In this document: positions 1 through 10,264 of the stretch, one piece after another
How positions within the stretch are numbered: the first letter of the stretch is position 1
How the letters are laid out: each line of letters begins with the position of its first letter
Source: a virus
Length of the DNA: 64,000 nt
IMG/VR virus record: IMGVR_UViG_3300025141_012314
Span: 16,342-80,341 of that record
Direction: 5' to 3' (one strand)
The notes under the pieces: generated by a model
Databases searched by the model: none
Told to the model about the DNA's origin: nothing
The model's input: only the letters and a program-made list of their open reading frames with translations
Made by a program: the position numbers and the translations under genes

Positions 1-80
1 TTATGCGAATAAAACACTGCTTAAAACGATTTCCCCAGTGTTAGCACAAAAACTTTTTTTTCTTCACGACATAAAAAACC

Positions 81-109
81 TTGACGAAAGCATTTGATGT
101 GGTTATAAT
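81..109 (+). promoter_or_regulatory. sigma70-type promoter
   Basis: TTGACG (81-86), 17-nt spacer, TATAAT (104-109), A/T tracts upstream; GGAG SD then GTG start at 131. Confidence 0.8.
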
Positions 110-130
110 AATAAGAAACATGGAGTTTGT

Positions 131-904
131 GTGCCGCACATAAGTTATAGTGAGTTAAAAGATTGGGCGTTTTGCGCCTTTTACCATAAATTAACAAGAG
201 TAGATAAGATAGATGGTTTCAAGGGAAATGCCTACACTGCTTTTGGTTCCGCTATTCATGATGTATGTGAGAAGAAGCTTCTAAAAGAGAGTTTTAACGA
301 AGAAGAGCACTTTGTTAAAGCGTTTGAGGAAAATATCGCCAAACTACCAGATGATGTTGAGGTGGACCCTAAGATGACCTCCGACATGCACCATCAAGGC
401 AAAGCAATTTTGCCTGAGATTGAAGATGCTCTGAGTGATTATTTCGGCGAATACGAAGTGTTGGCAACGGAGCTTGCGCTTTATGAGTCTATAAAAGACG
501 AAGAAAAATACAATTTTAAGGGATACATCGATGCTATCGTCGCGACACCTGATGGAAAAGTGCACATCTTTGATTGGAAGACCTGTTCTTGGGGTTGGAA
601 CTCTCGCCGTAAAAGCGAAAAAATGACAACTTATCAACTAACCCTTTATAAGCACTTCTTCGCACAAAAGACAGACACAGATCCAAAACATATTGAAACA
701 CACTTTGCTCTACTCAAAAGAACAGCTAAAAACAATAGAGTTGAATTCTTTCGAGTAACAAGTGGTCCAAAGAAAACTGAAAACGCTTTAAAGGTTTTAA
801 GAACCGCGCTTTGGAACATCAAGAAAGGACGAACTATCAAGAATAAGGCGTCCTGTACATCCGGCTTCGGATGCAAATTTTATAACACAGAACACTGTAA
901 GTGA
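131..904 (+). CDS. PD-(D/E)XK nuclease, Cas4/RecB(AddB)-like, probable Fe-S cluster
   Basis: HISYSEL..C N-terminus, FGSAIH, KGYIDAI...IFDWKT catalytic motif, YQLTLY, three C-terminal Cys (CTSGFGCKFYNTEHC). Confidence 0.8.
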   Translation: MPHISYSELKDWAFCAFYHKLTRVDKIDGFKGNAYTAFGSAIHDVCEKKLLKESFNEEEHFVKAFEENIAKLPDDVEVDPKMTSDMHHQGKAILPEIEDALSDYFGEYEVLATELALYESIKDEEKYNFKGYIDAIVATPDGKVHIFDWKTCSWGWNSRRKSEKMTTYQLTLYKHFFAQKTDTDPKHIETHFALLKRTAKNNRVEFFRVTSGPKKTENALKVLRTALWNIKKGRTIKNKASCTSGFGCKFYNTEHCK

Positions 905-914
905 GGATAATTTA

Positions 915-2198
915 ATGAAGAAAAAGAAAGTTTTGGTGCTCTCCGATCACCCGCTTTCGCCATCTGGGGTTGGAACCCAAACCCGGTATATGATCGAGGC
1001 GCTCCTTAAAACAGGGCGCTATCAATTTGTTTGTTTAGGCGGAGCAGTAAAACACAGAGAATACCAGATGCAAAAGGTTGATCCCTATGGGGAAGACTGG
1101 CGAATATTCCCTGTCGATGGATATGGAAACCCCGAAATCATACGCTCGATACTCCAGAAAGAAAGACCGGATGTATTGTGGTTTATGACAGATCCTCGTT
1201 TTTATACGTGGCTGTGGGAAATCGAGAACGAAGTGAGAATCAACGTCCCAATGGTTTATTATCATGTATGGGATAACAACCCGGCACCGTTCTATAATGC
1301 AAACTACTACAAATCTAATGATAAGGTAGTTTGTATATCAAAGGTTACAAAGGGTATTCTGGATACAGTTGCTCCAGACGTAGACAGCGAGTATCTTCCA
1401 CATGCGGTAGACTCGGAGTCTTTCTATAAGTTCAAAACAGATGAAGATCTTGCAAGAACCGCTGTTATTCGTGAACGCGTCGTTGGAGCCTCAACAGAGT
1501 TCGCCAACCCGGAGAAGAAAATCTTTTTCTGGAATAATAGAAATGCACGTAGAAAACAGTCTGGAACACTTATTTGGTGGTTTAAAGAGTTCTTAGATGA
1601 AGTGGGTCATGACAAAGCTACTCTGCTTATGCATACTGATGCGCGAGATCCTCACGGACAAGACTTGCCTCATATCTTGAACCACCTTAATATAACAGAC
1701 GGACAGGTTTTGCTTTCAACTGATAAGGTTTCTCCACAAGATCTCGCAGCAATGTACAACGCTGCGCATTTTACCATTAATATCTCAGATGCAGAAGGAT
1801 TTGGACTAGGAACGTTAGAGTCTTTAGCATGCGGAACTCCTATTATTGTTAATATGACAGGAGGCTTGCAAGAGCAGGTTACCGATGGAAAGAACTGGTT
1901 TGGCTACGGTTTAGAACCTTCCTCGAAGGCGATTATTGGTTCCCTACAAGTGCCATATATCTACGAGGATCGTATCACCCAGAAAGCTTTCACCAACACC
2001 CTCAAAAAGGCTCTGAACATCGCACCAAAGACTTACAAGAAGATGTCGATACAAGGTAGAGAACATGTTCGTGCAAACTATAACTTTGACGATTATGAGA
2101 AAAACTGGGTTAAGATTATGGATGATGTTGTTGAAACATACGGATCATGGGAAGAGAGAAAACAATATAAACGCTGGCATTTATTGGAGGTAGCGTAA
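915..2198 (+). CDS. GT-B glycosyltransferase (GT4-like)
   Basis: SGVGTQ N-terminal loop, NRNARRKQ, EGFGLGTLESLACGTPII (EX7E). Confidence 0.85.
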   Translation: MKKKKVLVLSDHPLSPSGVGTQTRYMIEALLKTGRYQFVCLGGAVKHREYQMQKVDPYGEDWRIFPVDGYGNPEIIRSILQKERPDVLWFMTDPRFYTWLWEIENEVRINVPMVYYHVWDNNPAPFYNANYYKSNDKVVCISKVTKGILDTVAPDVDSEYLPHAVDSESFYKFKTDEDLARTAVIRERVVGASTEFANPEKKIFFWNNRNARRKQSGTLIWWFKEFLDEVGHDKATLLMHTDARDPHGQDLPHILNHLNITDGQVLLSTDKVSPQDLAAMYNAAHFTINISDAEGFGLGTLESLACGTPIIVNMTGGLQEQVTDGKNWFGYGLEPSSKAIIGSLQVPYIYEDRITQKAFTNTLKKALNIAPKTYKKMSIQGREHVRANYNFDDYEKNWVKIMDDVVETYGSWEERKQYKRWHLLEVA

Positions 2199-3460
2199 TG
2201 AAAAAGAAAGTATTCTTTAGAGGACCCCTTCTAACAAGATCGGGATACGGAGAACAGGCTAGATTCGCAATGCGGGCATTAGCTTCCCGACCAGATCTTT
2301 TCGATATTTATATTCAGCCTTTAGAATGGGGGAAAACCTCGTGGACCAATGAGGATACCCCTGAGAGGGCTTGGATTGATAGAACCATAGAAAAGACCCT
2401 GCAATACATCCAGCAAAACGGACAGTTTGATATATCGTTCCAAGTTACAATTCCAAATGAATGGGACAAGCCAGCACCGATTAATATTGGATACACAGCC
2501 GGGATTGAGACTACGAAAACATCACATCAATGGATCCAAAAGGGCAATGAGATGACTGGTATTATTGTAGTTTCCAACCATGCGAAAAATACTTTTTTAG
2601 CTACGGACTACCAACTGTCCAATCAACAAACAAACCAAACAATGATTCTCAAGTTAGAAACTCCAATTGAGACAGTTAACTACCCAGCAAAGAAGTTCCA
2701 GGAACTTCCAGATGTTGATTTAGACTTAGAATACGAACACAATTTCCTAGTAGCAGCCCAATTGGGCCCTCGCAAAAACGTGCCAAACACTATTAAATGG
2801 TTTGTTGAAGAGTTTCGAGACGAAGAAATAGGGCTTGTTGTAAAGTGTTACGCTGCAAAGAACTGTCTGCTCGACCGCGAGATGACAATGCAAAATCTTA
2901 GACAGCTAGTCTCCCAATTGGGAGAAAAGAAGTGTAAAGTATATCTTCTGCACGGTGACATGTCCGACGAAGAAATGCATTCCCTCCAAACACATCCTAA
3001 GATTTCCGCATTCTTATCCCTAGCTCATGGCGAGGGCTTTGGTTTACCGATTTTTGAAGCAGCCTATTCTGGTACCCCTGTCATTGCAACCGGTTGGTCT
3101 GGTCAGCTGGACTTTCTTGTTGACGAAGAGGGCAAATCAAACTTTTACAACGTAAATTTCGATCTCAACCAAGTACAGCCAGCAGTTGTTTGGGATGGTG
3201 TCTTAATCGCCGACTCAATGTGGGCTTATCCTCGCGAACAGTCTGCAAAGAAGTGTATGCGCGACTGTTATAATGATATTATAAATCAAACAGAAGGAAG
3301 TGTTGCAACATCTGCCGACACCTTTGCTGAGTCCGTGCAGGAGAGATTTTCGCAGGAAAAACAATATAAAGCCATGGTGGACGCCGTTCTCAAGTTCTCT
3401 GGGAGCCCAGAAGAAGAACAATGGAGAGATGTGTTGGACCAAGTGGTAGAGTATGATTAG
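2198..3460 (+). CDS. GT-B glycosyltransferase (GT4-like)
   Basis: SGYGEQAR, PRKN, HGEGFGLPIFEAAYSGTPVIATGWSG (EX7E). Confidence 0.85.
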   Translation: MKKKVFFRGPLLTRSGYGEQARFAMRALASRPDLFDIYIQPLEWGKTSWTNEDTPERAWIDRTIEKTLQYIQQNGQFDISFQVTIPNEWDKPAPINIGYTAGIETTKTSHQWIQKGNEMTGIIVVSNHAKNTFLATDYQLSNQQTNQTMILKLETPIETVNYPAKKFQELPDVDLDLEYEHNFLVAAQLGPRKNVPNTIKWFVEEFRDEEIGLVVKCYAAKNCLLDREMTMQNLRQLVSQLGEKKCKVYLLHGDMSDEEMHSLQTHPKISAFLSLAHGEGFGLPIFEAAYSGTPVIATGWSGQLDFLVDEEGKSNFYNVNFDLNQVQPAVVWDGVLIADSMWAYPREQSAKKCMRDCYNDIINQTEGSVATSADTFAESVQERFSQEKQYKAMVDAVLKFSGSPEEEQWRDVLDQVVEYD

Positions 3461-5120
3461 CAAAGAAGTAATCTTTATATCCGACTTCTTTATCAATGAG
3501 GTAATGGGTGGCGCTGAGTTTTGTAATGATGCTCTGATGAAACTTTTAAGTCCGGATGTAAAGATTGATAGTTTAAAGTCTGACCGTGCAACTGTTCAAC
3601 TTGTTGAGAATAATCTTGATAAGTTCTTCATTGTCGCGAACTTCTTTCAACTTGCTGAGAATGTAAAAGTAGCTTTAGCAAAAACAACATATGTTATTTT
3701 AGAGCACGATCACAAATATGTCCGCTCAAATAATCCTTCCTTATACAAAGATTTTCTTGCGCCAGAAAGACAAATACAAAATAAGGCATTTTATAAGAAT
3801 GCGTTAGCGGTACTGTGCCAGTCTAGGAAGCATGCCGGAGTCGTCCAACGCAACCTCCTAATAAACAATATTGTAAATTTAGGCGGCAACATATGGAATG
3901 AGGAACAACTCGCCACTTTAGAGAATAATATGGGCGCGAAGAAAATAATTAAGTATGGAGTTCTCCAGTCCAATAACCGCAACAAAGGCATGCCCGCAGC
4001 GATCGCATATTGTCAGAGAAAAGGATTAGACTTTAAGCTAATTCAAGGCAAGCCATTTCCTGAGTTTATTAGAGATATCTCCCAAGTGGAAACATTAGTA
4101 TTCTTTCCGCAATGGTTAGAGACATATAATCGTTTTTCTATTGAATCAAGGATCCTGGGCTGTAAACTTATAACAAACAGCCTGATAGGCGCCACCAGCG
4201 AAGACTACTTTAAGCTGAAGGGCAACGAACTTTTAGATTTTATAAGACAAAACAATCAGAATCTTCGTCAGCGCTGGATTAAACTAATCAACAATAGTGA
4301 AATAAAATACTTCCCGCCCTTAGACCTGCCAAAGATTACGGTATTCTGTCCCCTATATGCCGGCGAACAATATATTGAAGGCTTTCTGAAGTCTATGCAA
4401 GAACAGACAATCTTTGATCAGTGCGAACTGATCATTATTGATGCCAACTCTCCCGAAAACGAGAGTCAATACATCGAAGAGTTTATGAAAGAGCATGAAA
4501 ATGTAATTTACAAGCGATTAGATCATAGGGCGTCAGTAATGGAAACTGAAAATATGGCAATCCACATGGCAACGGGTGAGTTCTTTGCTCAAGCATGCGT
4601 TGATGACAGACATCATAGAGAATATCTTGAGATTATGGCAAAACATCTCCACTATCACGAGGATATAGATCTTGTTTATACAGACTGTCTACAGACTACA
4701 AAGCCAAATGAGACCGTAGAGACAAACTCTTCGTCTGGAGCCTATTACGAGCATTCGCGTAATGAGTTTTCTCCGGAGAACATGATCAAGTGTTTGCCGG
4801 GACCAATGCCTATGTGGAAGCTGAGTGTGCACGAAAAATGTGGATATTTTGATGAAGGTTTATCGTATGCTGGAGATTGGGACATTTTTCTAAGAATGGT
4901 AGCGTCAGGTTCTAAATTTAAGAAAATTGATATTCCGTTAGGGTTATATTACTTTAATTCTGAGGGATTATCAACCTCAACAGAAAATCAAATCCCTAGG
5001 GGAAAAGAAGAGGCGGAAGTCTTCTTTAAGCATAAAAACGTATTCGGTGAAGCGAACTACAATAAATATAAAAATTACTTCTCACAATTTATAAGGAATG
5101 AAAATGAGTCAACAACGTAA
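3453..5120 (+). CDS. two-domain glycosyltransferase: GT-B-like N-half fused to GT2 C-half
   Basis: N-half GGAE and ETYNRFSIESRILGC (EX7E-like); C-half ITVFCPLY, ELIIIDANS, CVDD, DWDIFLRM. Confidence 0.75.
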   Translation: MISKEVIFISDFFINEVMGGAEFCNDALMKLLSPDVKIDSLKSDRATVQLVENNLDKFFIVANFFQLAENVKVALAKTTYVILEHDHKYVRSNNPSLYKDFLAPERQIQNKAFYKNALAVLCQSRKHAGVVQRNLLINNIVNLGGNIWNEEQLATLENNMGAKKIIKYGVLQSNNRNKGMPAAIAYCQRKGLDFKLIQGKPFPEFIRDISQVETLVFFPQWLETYNRFSIESRILGCKLITNSLIGATSEDYFKLKGNELLDFIRQNNQNLRQRWIKLINNSEIKYFPPLDLPKITVFCPLYAGEQYIEGFLKSMQEQTIFDQCELIIIDANSPENESQYIEEFMKEHENVIYKRLDHRASVMETENMAIHMATGEFFAQACVDDRHHREYLEIMAKHLHYHEDIDLVYTDCLQTTKPNETVETNSSSGAYYEHSRNEFSPENMIKCLPGPMPMWKLSVHEKCGYFDEGLSYAGDWDIFLRMVASGSKFKKIDIPLGLYYFNSEGLSTSTENQIPRGKEEAEVFFKHKNVFGEANYNKYKNYFSQFIRNENESTT

Positions 5121-5517
5121 ATACCTTCCTACACTCTCCGAATTGATCGATCGCCTGTCGATTGCACAACTCAAAGAAGTGTTTATCCCCGAACACAAAG
5201 CTGAATATGCCCAGGAAATCTCAGATATCTGCCATGATATCCAGTTGATTCTCGATTCTAGTTCCGGCAAAATGAACGCGGAAACTGTAAGAGCGATAAT
5301 TGTCCTCTCTCAGATGAACTTGCACATTTGGCACAATGAGTCTCAAGTTAGAGCCGGCTCAGGTTCTGGCAATCTAGCGCTAACTCACGGACTCAACGGT
5401 CTTCGGAATGTGGCAAAAAACAGGATTCAAGAGATTAACGGCGGCAGAAAAGATTATAAGATTGATTGTTTAGCAGCCGACTTTAAAGATTGGGAAATCA
5501 GCTGGGATAATGACTGA
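5104..5517 (+). CDS. small helical hypothetical protein, resembles DUF4254/DUF6165-type proteins of glycosylation loci
   Basis: SELIDRLSI..LK, NLHIWHNE, NGLRN..K..I pattern; ATG 5104 is better spaced from AGGA than ATG 5098. Confidence 0.5.
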   Translation: MSQQRKYLPTLSELIDRLSIAQLKEVFIPEHKAEYAQEISDICHDIQLILDSSSGKMNAETVRAIIVLSQMNLHIWHNESQVRAGSGSGNLALTHGLNGLRNVAKNRIQEINGGRKDYKIDCLAADFKDWEISWDND

Positions 5518-6601
5518 GGTTTATGACTTTGATGTTGTCATTATTGGAGCCGGACTTGTAGGATTAGCTGTAGCTAGAGAATTATCCTCGGTATATGATA
5601 ATATCATATTAGTTGAAAAAGAGTCAAGTTTCGGACAGCACGTTTCGAGTCATAATAGCGAAGTTATCCACTCCGGCATATATTATCCCAAGGGCGCCCT
5701 TAAAACTAAACTATGTGTTGAGGGCAATAAACTGCTTTATAAATTTGCACAAAAATATGATATACCGCATAAGAAATGTGGAAAATTGATTGTGGCTACC
5801 TGCCCAGAAGAAGAACCTATTCTTGATCAACTTTATGAGCAGGGGAAGAAAAACGCGGTAGTAGGTATGTCAATGATTGGCAAATCAGAGATCGCCAAAA
5901 TAGAGCCAGCCGTTAAAGCAACAAAGGCACTCCACGTAGAATCTACAGGAATAATAGACAGCCATTCAGTTATGCAGCAGCTTGAGGCGTCAGCCTTAAA
6001 TGCGGGGGTGGTCACTCTGTATAATACTGAAATAACATCGATTGATAAAAAAAATAACATTTATAAGTTGACAACTGATACAAATAATGATATTATACAA
6101 ACAAGAATAGTAATTAACGCTGCAGGGCTCTGGAGCGACACTATTGCGGCAATGGTGGGAATAAATGATTATAAGATCCATTGGTGTAAAGGCGAGTATT
6201 ATAAAACCAATAAACACAGGAATATGAAAAAGCTGATTTATCCGGTACCGGATCCTCAAGGCAAGTATTTGGGAATTCATACGGTACTAGATTTAAATGG
6301 CGGACTTCTTTTCGGACCAAATGCATATTATGTAGACAATCTCTCTTATGATATGAAAGAGAATAACAAGCCCCAGTTTTATGAGGCGATTAATCGATAT
6401 TTAGATATCGGTTGGTGCGAGATAGAACCAGCGTTAACTGGCATAAGACCAAAACTTCAAGCTCCCGGCGAGAAATTTAGAGATTTTGTAATAGAAAATA
6501 ACCAAAAACATGAGAATTTTATCAACATAGTAGGAATAGAATCACCGGGCTTGACAGCCTGTCTTGCTATTGCTAAACATACAAGGGGAATTATTAGATG
6601 A
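5510..6601 (+). CDS. FAD-dependent oxidoreductase, L-2-hydroxyglutarate oxidase (LhgO)-like
   Basis: IIGAGLVG, SSHNSEVIHSGIYY, INAAGLWSD, KGEY, GIRPK, GIESPGLTA. Confidence 0.85.
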   Translation: MTEVYDFDVVIIGAGLVGLAVARELSSVYDNIILVEKESSFGQHVSSHNSEVIHSGIYYPKGALKTKLCVEGNKLLYKFAQKYDIPHKKCGKLIVATCPEEEPILDQLYEQGKKNAVVGMSMIGKSEIAKIEPAVKATKALHVESTGIIDSHSVMQQLEASALNAGVVTLYNTEITSIDKKNNIYKLTTDTNNDIIQTRIVINAAGLWSDTIAAMVGINDYKIHWCKGEYYKTNKHRNMKKLIYPVPDPQGKYLGIHTVLDLNGGLLFGPNAYYVDNLSYDMKENNKPQFYEAINRYLDIGWCEIEPALTGIRPKLQAPGEKFRDFVIENNQKHENFINIVGIESPGLTACLAIAKHTRGIIR

Positions 6602-7536
6602 AAAAAGAACACGTATTAGTCACAGGAGGCGCCGGCTATATAGGCTCTGAACTGATCGATTACTTACTCCACGCAGGATATACTGTAACAGCGCTCGATA
6701 ACTTAATGTATGATCCGACGTCGTTGCTGCGCTATACCAACAATCCAGATTTTAGCTTCATCAAGGGGGACGTTAGAAACGTTCTATTGATGGAACGCCT
6801 TATGGCAGAAGCAGACATTATTATACCTTTGGCGGCATTGGTTGGCTTTCCTTTGTGCGATGAGGACCCCCGTGCTGCCCAAGAGATTAACCATGACGTT
6901 AATACTTGGATAGCAAAAAACAAAAAGCCAAATCAAAAGGTTATCTACCCCTGCACTAACTCTGGCTACGGCGTTAGTGTCGATGGTTCTGTCTGTACAG
7001 AAGAATCACCCCTTAATCCTATTTCGCTTTACGGGCGAACTAAAGTGGCTGCAGAGAAGGAATATCAGGATGTTGATAACTGCGTAACATTTAGACTGGC
7101 TACTGTTTTTGGCCCGGGCTCACGCATGCGCTCTGACCTCCTTGTAAACAACTTTGTTCTTAAGACATTGCGCGAGAGAGTTTTGGTGTTGTATGAATGT
7201 GAGTTCATGCGCAACTATGTGCATCTTCATGATGTATGTCGCGGCTTTATGTTTGTGCTCCGTAACTGGGAAGATTGTAAAAATGAAACATATAATCTTG
7301 GAAATGACGAACTGAATATGAACAAGCTCCAGCTAGCCGAAAAGATTCAAGAGCATCTTCCTCTAGAGATAATCCGCGCAGAGATTAACAGCGATCCTGA
7401 TACCCGCGACTACATTGTTAGTAGCGATAAGATTTATAATAAAGGCTACAAGTGCGCATATGATCTCGATGATGGAATCAGACAACTCATAACTGCATAT
7501 GCTATTATAGAAAGCCCTTGGTACGCAAACTATTAA
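6598..7536 (+). CDS. NAD-dependent sugar epimerase/dehydratase (extended SDR)
   Basis: TGGAGYIG, YGRTK (YxxxK), FRLATVFG. Confidence 0.85.
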   Translation: MKKEHVLVTGGAGYIGSELIDYLLHAGYTVTALDNLMYDPTSLLRYTNNPDFSFIKGDVRNVLLMERLMAEADIIIPLAALVGFPLCDEDPRAAQEINHDVNTWIAKNKKPNQKVIYPCTNSGYGVSVDGSVCTEESPLNPISLYGRTKVAAEKEYQDVDNCVTFRLATVFGPGSRMRSDLLVNNFVLKTLRERVLVLYECEFMRNYVHLHDVCRGFMFVLRNWEDCKNETYNLGNDELNMNKLQLAEKIQEHLPLEIIRAEINSDPDTRDYIVSSDKIYNKGYKCAYDLDDGIRQLITAYAIIESPWYANY

Positions 7537-7537
7537 T

Positions 7538-9046
7538 ATGAAACAGATAGATGTATTATTCGTCCATCCCAATGGCGCCCAGATAATTTATCAAGAGCTG
7601 AGTAAAAACTATTCAGCGATTGAACCGCCTATATGGGCAGCCCTGCTGGCAAAAAATGCCCTCACAAAAGGATTTACTACAAACATTCTTGATTGTGAAG
7701 CAGAAAGAATAGACGCATCAGAATCAGCAACCCGGGTAAAAGAGCAGAATCCTCGTTTGGTGGCGATAGTGGTATATGGTCAACAGCCTTCAGCATCAAC
7801 TCAGAATATGATTGGCGCACGAATGTTGATAGAACAACTGAACGCAATCGCTCCAGAACTTAAGACGATCCTCATCGGATTACACCCCTCAGCCGTCGCT
7901 CGACACACGCTGGAAACCGAAGGCTCTGATTTTGTTTGCCAAGGTGAAGGTCCTTACACTGTTCAAAAGCTCTTAGAAATCGATATGGACGATGCTGGCG
8001 CTCTAAGCACCGTCCCTGGGCTTTGGTACCGAGTTGATGGTAAGGCCCTTTGCACACGCCCTGCGCCGATTATACCGCAAGAGAAGCTCTCTACGGAGCT
8101 ACCCGGGATGGCATGGGACTTGCTTCCGATGGATAAGTACCGCACATCTAACTGGCATGCAATGACAAATGGAGACGACCGTCAGCCGTTCGCTTCTTTG
8201 TATACAAGCTTAGGTTGTCCGTTCCGCTGTAGTTTTTGTTGTATTAACGCGCCATTCGGCAACAATAACTTGGAAAATTGGGACTACGGACGTAATAAGT
8301 TTAGATATTGGGAACCAGAATTTATGATTGAAGAGTTTGAAACTCTCCATAAAATGGGAATCCGGAATATTAAACTAGCTGATGAAATGTTTGTCTTAAA
8401 TCAAGACCATTTCATGAAGCTATGCAACTTGATTATTGAGAGAGGTTATGACTTTAACTTTTGGGCGTACGCTCGTGTAGATACAGTTAAAGAAGAATAT
8501 CTTGAAACATTAAAGAAAGCCGGCGTTAACTGGCTAGCCTTGGGAATCGAATCGGGAAACACTGAAGTTCGAAAGGATGTAACAAAGGGTAAGTTCACAG
8601 ATGTAAAGATTCAGGATTTAGTAAAGAAGATCCAAGACGCTGGCATCGACGTCATCGGTAACTATATCTTTGGGCTCCCCGAGGATACTATCGAGACCAT
8701 GCAAGATACACTGGACATGGCAATGGAACTCAACTGTGAGTTTGCAAACTTCTATTCAACCATGGCTTACCCCGGCTCGAAGTTATATCTCGATGCATTG
8801 AGAGAAGGCTGGGAGCTTCCAGAAACATATGTGGGATTCTCACAACATTCATACGAGACGCACCCGCTGTCAACTAAACATATATCAGCAGCCGAAGTGT
8901 TAGGCTTCAGAGACGAAGCGTTTACAAAATACTACACCAGCGATAGATATTTGGACATGATTGAGGAAAAGCGAGGAAAAGCCACGCGCCAGTCTATTGA
9001 AGATATGACAAAAATAAAACTTAAAAGAAAACTATTGGGAGATTGA
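7538..9046 (+). CDS. cobalamin-binding radical SAM protein
   Basis: N-terminal B12-binding-like domain (PPIWAALLA, GLHPSA, GEG), CPFRCSFC (CxxxCxxC), GIESGN, YIFGLP, YPGSKLY. Confidence 0.9.
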   Translation: MKQIDVLFVHPNGAQIIYQELSKNYSAIEPPIWAALLAKNALTKGFTTNILDCEAERIDASESATRVKEQNPRLVAIVVYGQQPSASTQNMIGARMLIEQLNAIAPELKTILIGLHPSAVARHTLETEGSDFVCQGEGPYTVQKLLEIDMDDAGALSTVPGLWYRVDGKALCTRPAPIIPQEKLSTELPGMAWDLLPMDKYRTSNWHAMTNGDDRQPFASLYTSLGCPFRCSFCCINAPFGNNNLENWDYGRNKFRYWEPEFMIEEFETLHKMGIRNIKLADEMFVLNQDHFMKLCNLIIERGYDFNFWAYARVDTVKEEYLETLKKAGVNWLALGIESGNTEVRKDVTKGKFTDVKIQDLVKKIQDAGIDVIGNYIFGLPEDTIETMQDTLDMAMELNCEFANFYSTMAYPGSKLYLDALREGWELPETYVGFSQHSYETHPLSTKHISAAEVLGFRDEAFTKYYTSDRYLDMIEEKRGKATRQSIEDMTKIKLKRKLLGD

Positions 9047-9047
9047 T

Positions 9048-9659
9048 ATGTTAACGAAAGAAGATTTGATTGATTTTGAGAACGACATTGCAGCCTGTTT
9101 TGATGACGCACAAATCCGCGCACCCGTTCACTTATATAACGGTAATGAAGAGCAAATGTTGGAGATATTTCGAAAGCATGATATTGGCGATGATGATTGG
9201 GTCTTCGGATCTTGGCGAAGCCATTATCAGTGTCTTCTCAAAGGTGTTCCTCCCGAAAAGCTCAAAGCAGCTATTCTTAAGGGGCGCTCTATTTCATTGT
9301 GCTTTGCTGAGCAAAAGGTTCTATGCTCGGGGATCGTAACTGGTGTTCTTCCGATTGCAGTAGGGGCAGCGCTAGACATTAAAAGGAGAAACCTCCCGGG
9401 AAAAGTATATTGTTTTATGGGAGATATGACATCCGAGACTGCGATCGCGCATGTAAGTATAAAATATGCCAGAAATCACAAACTCCCTATTCACTTTATC
9501 GTTGAAGATAATGGCAAATCAGTTTGTACTGATACTAAATCCACGTGGGGAACTGAGAAGTTAACCTATGAAGATGTCAACGACGAGTACATAACATATT
9601 ATAGCTACGACGCAAGTAAGTGGCCACACGCTGGAGCCGGCAAGAGAGTGCAGTTTTGA
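9048..9659 (+). CDS. TPP-dependent enzyme, E1-alpha-like subunit (short)
   Basis: APVHLYNGNEE, WRSHY, SGIV, TPP motif variant GDM-x~26-EDN. Confidence 0.8.
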   Translation: MLTKEDLIDFENDIAACFDDAQIRAPVHLYNGNEEQMLEIFRKHDIGDDDWVFGSWRSHYQCLLKGVPPEKLKAAILKGRSISLCFAEQKVLCSGIVTGVLPIAVGAALDIKRRNLPGKVYCFMGDMTSETAIAHVSIKYARNHKLPIHFIVEDNGKSVCTDTKSTWGTEKLTYEDVNDEYITYYSYDASKWPHAGAGKRVQF

Positions 9660-10264
9660 TCAAAGATGACGTAATCATTTATTCACACCCTAGGAGTGGG
9701 TTACATCTACTTTCATTAGGGTTGTATATAATGGGTGAACATTTTAATGATAAGCATACATATGCGGAAATATGGGGTAGCGATAAGCTACCTTCATATA
9801 GGCACTGGTTTGAACTTCTTGATCCCGGAAAAGCCGATTTACAGTTTAAGAAGCATATTTTATTACTAAGAGATTATAAGGTACTTTTTGGAACTACCAA
9901 CGCAAAAGGAGATACCAGTCCAACAACGGGACTCAACCTTGACGGCTATGCGCAACAAATACATAAGTTTGAGCAACTAAAGTCTCCAAAAATGGTTGTA
10001 TACTACGAAGATTTAATATCTGACAACAATACTTTTATAAAAGTAGCAGATTTTTTAGATATTAAATATGATTTAAAGAAAATCGATTTTGAGCATTTAA
10101 AGAAATATGCTCATGATTTATATTTGGACTCGGGACACAAGCCATCGGTCAAACAAGAAGTTCCAGCACCCCGAAAATTGTATCACGTAATGCAATTTTT
10201 GCTAAAAAACCAACAAGAACACGATTTGTTTGACAAATATCTAAGGAGATATAACAATGGGTAA
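9656..10264 (+). CDS. sulfotransferase-like protein
   Basis: IIYSHPRSGLHLL (5'-PSB-like), LLLRD, VYYEDL; TTG start at 9656 overlaps the upstream TGA (ORF track start 9620). Confidence 0.55.
   Translation: MIKDDVIIYSHPRSGLHLLSLGLYIMGEHFNDKHTYAEIWGSDKLPSYRHWFELLDPGKADLQFKKHILLLRDYKVLFGTTNAKGDTSPTTGLNLDGYAQQIHKFEQLKSPKMVVYYEDLISDNNTFIKVADFLDIKYDLKKIDFEHLKKYAHDLYLDSGHKPSVKQEVPAPRKLYHVMQFLLKNQQEHDLFDKYLRRYNNG

Noticed and set aside
13-42. AACACTG...CAGTGTT inverted repeat as a terminator
   Set aside because: 7-bp AT-rich stem with a 16-nt loop, and the T-tract is not adjacent; too weak.
1-904. CRISPR-Cas locus suggested by the Cas4-like gene
   Set aside because: No repeat-spacer array or other cas genes seen in the window.
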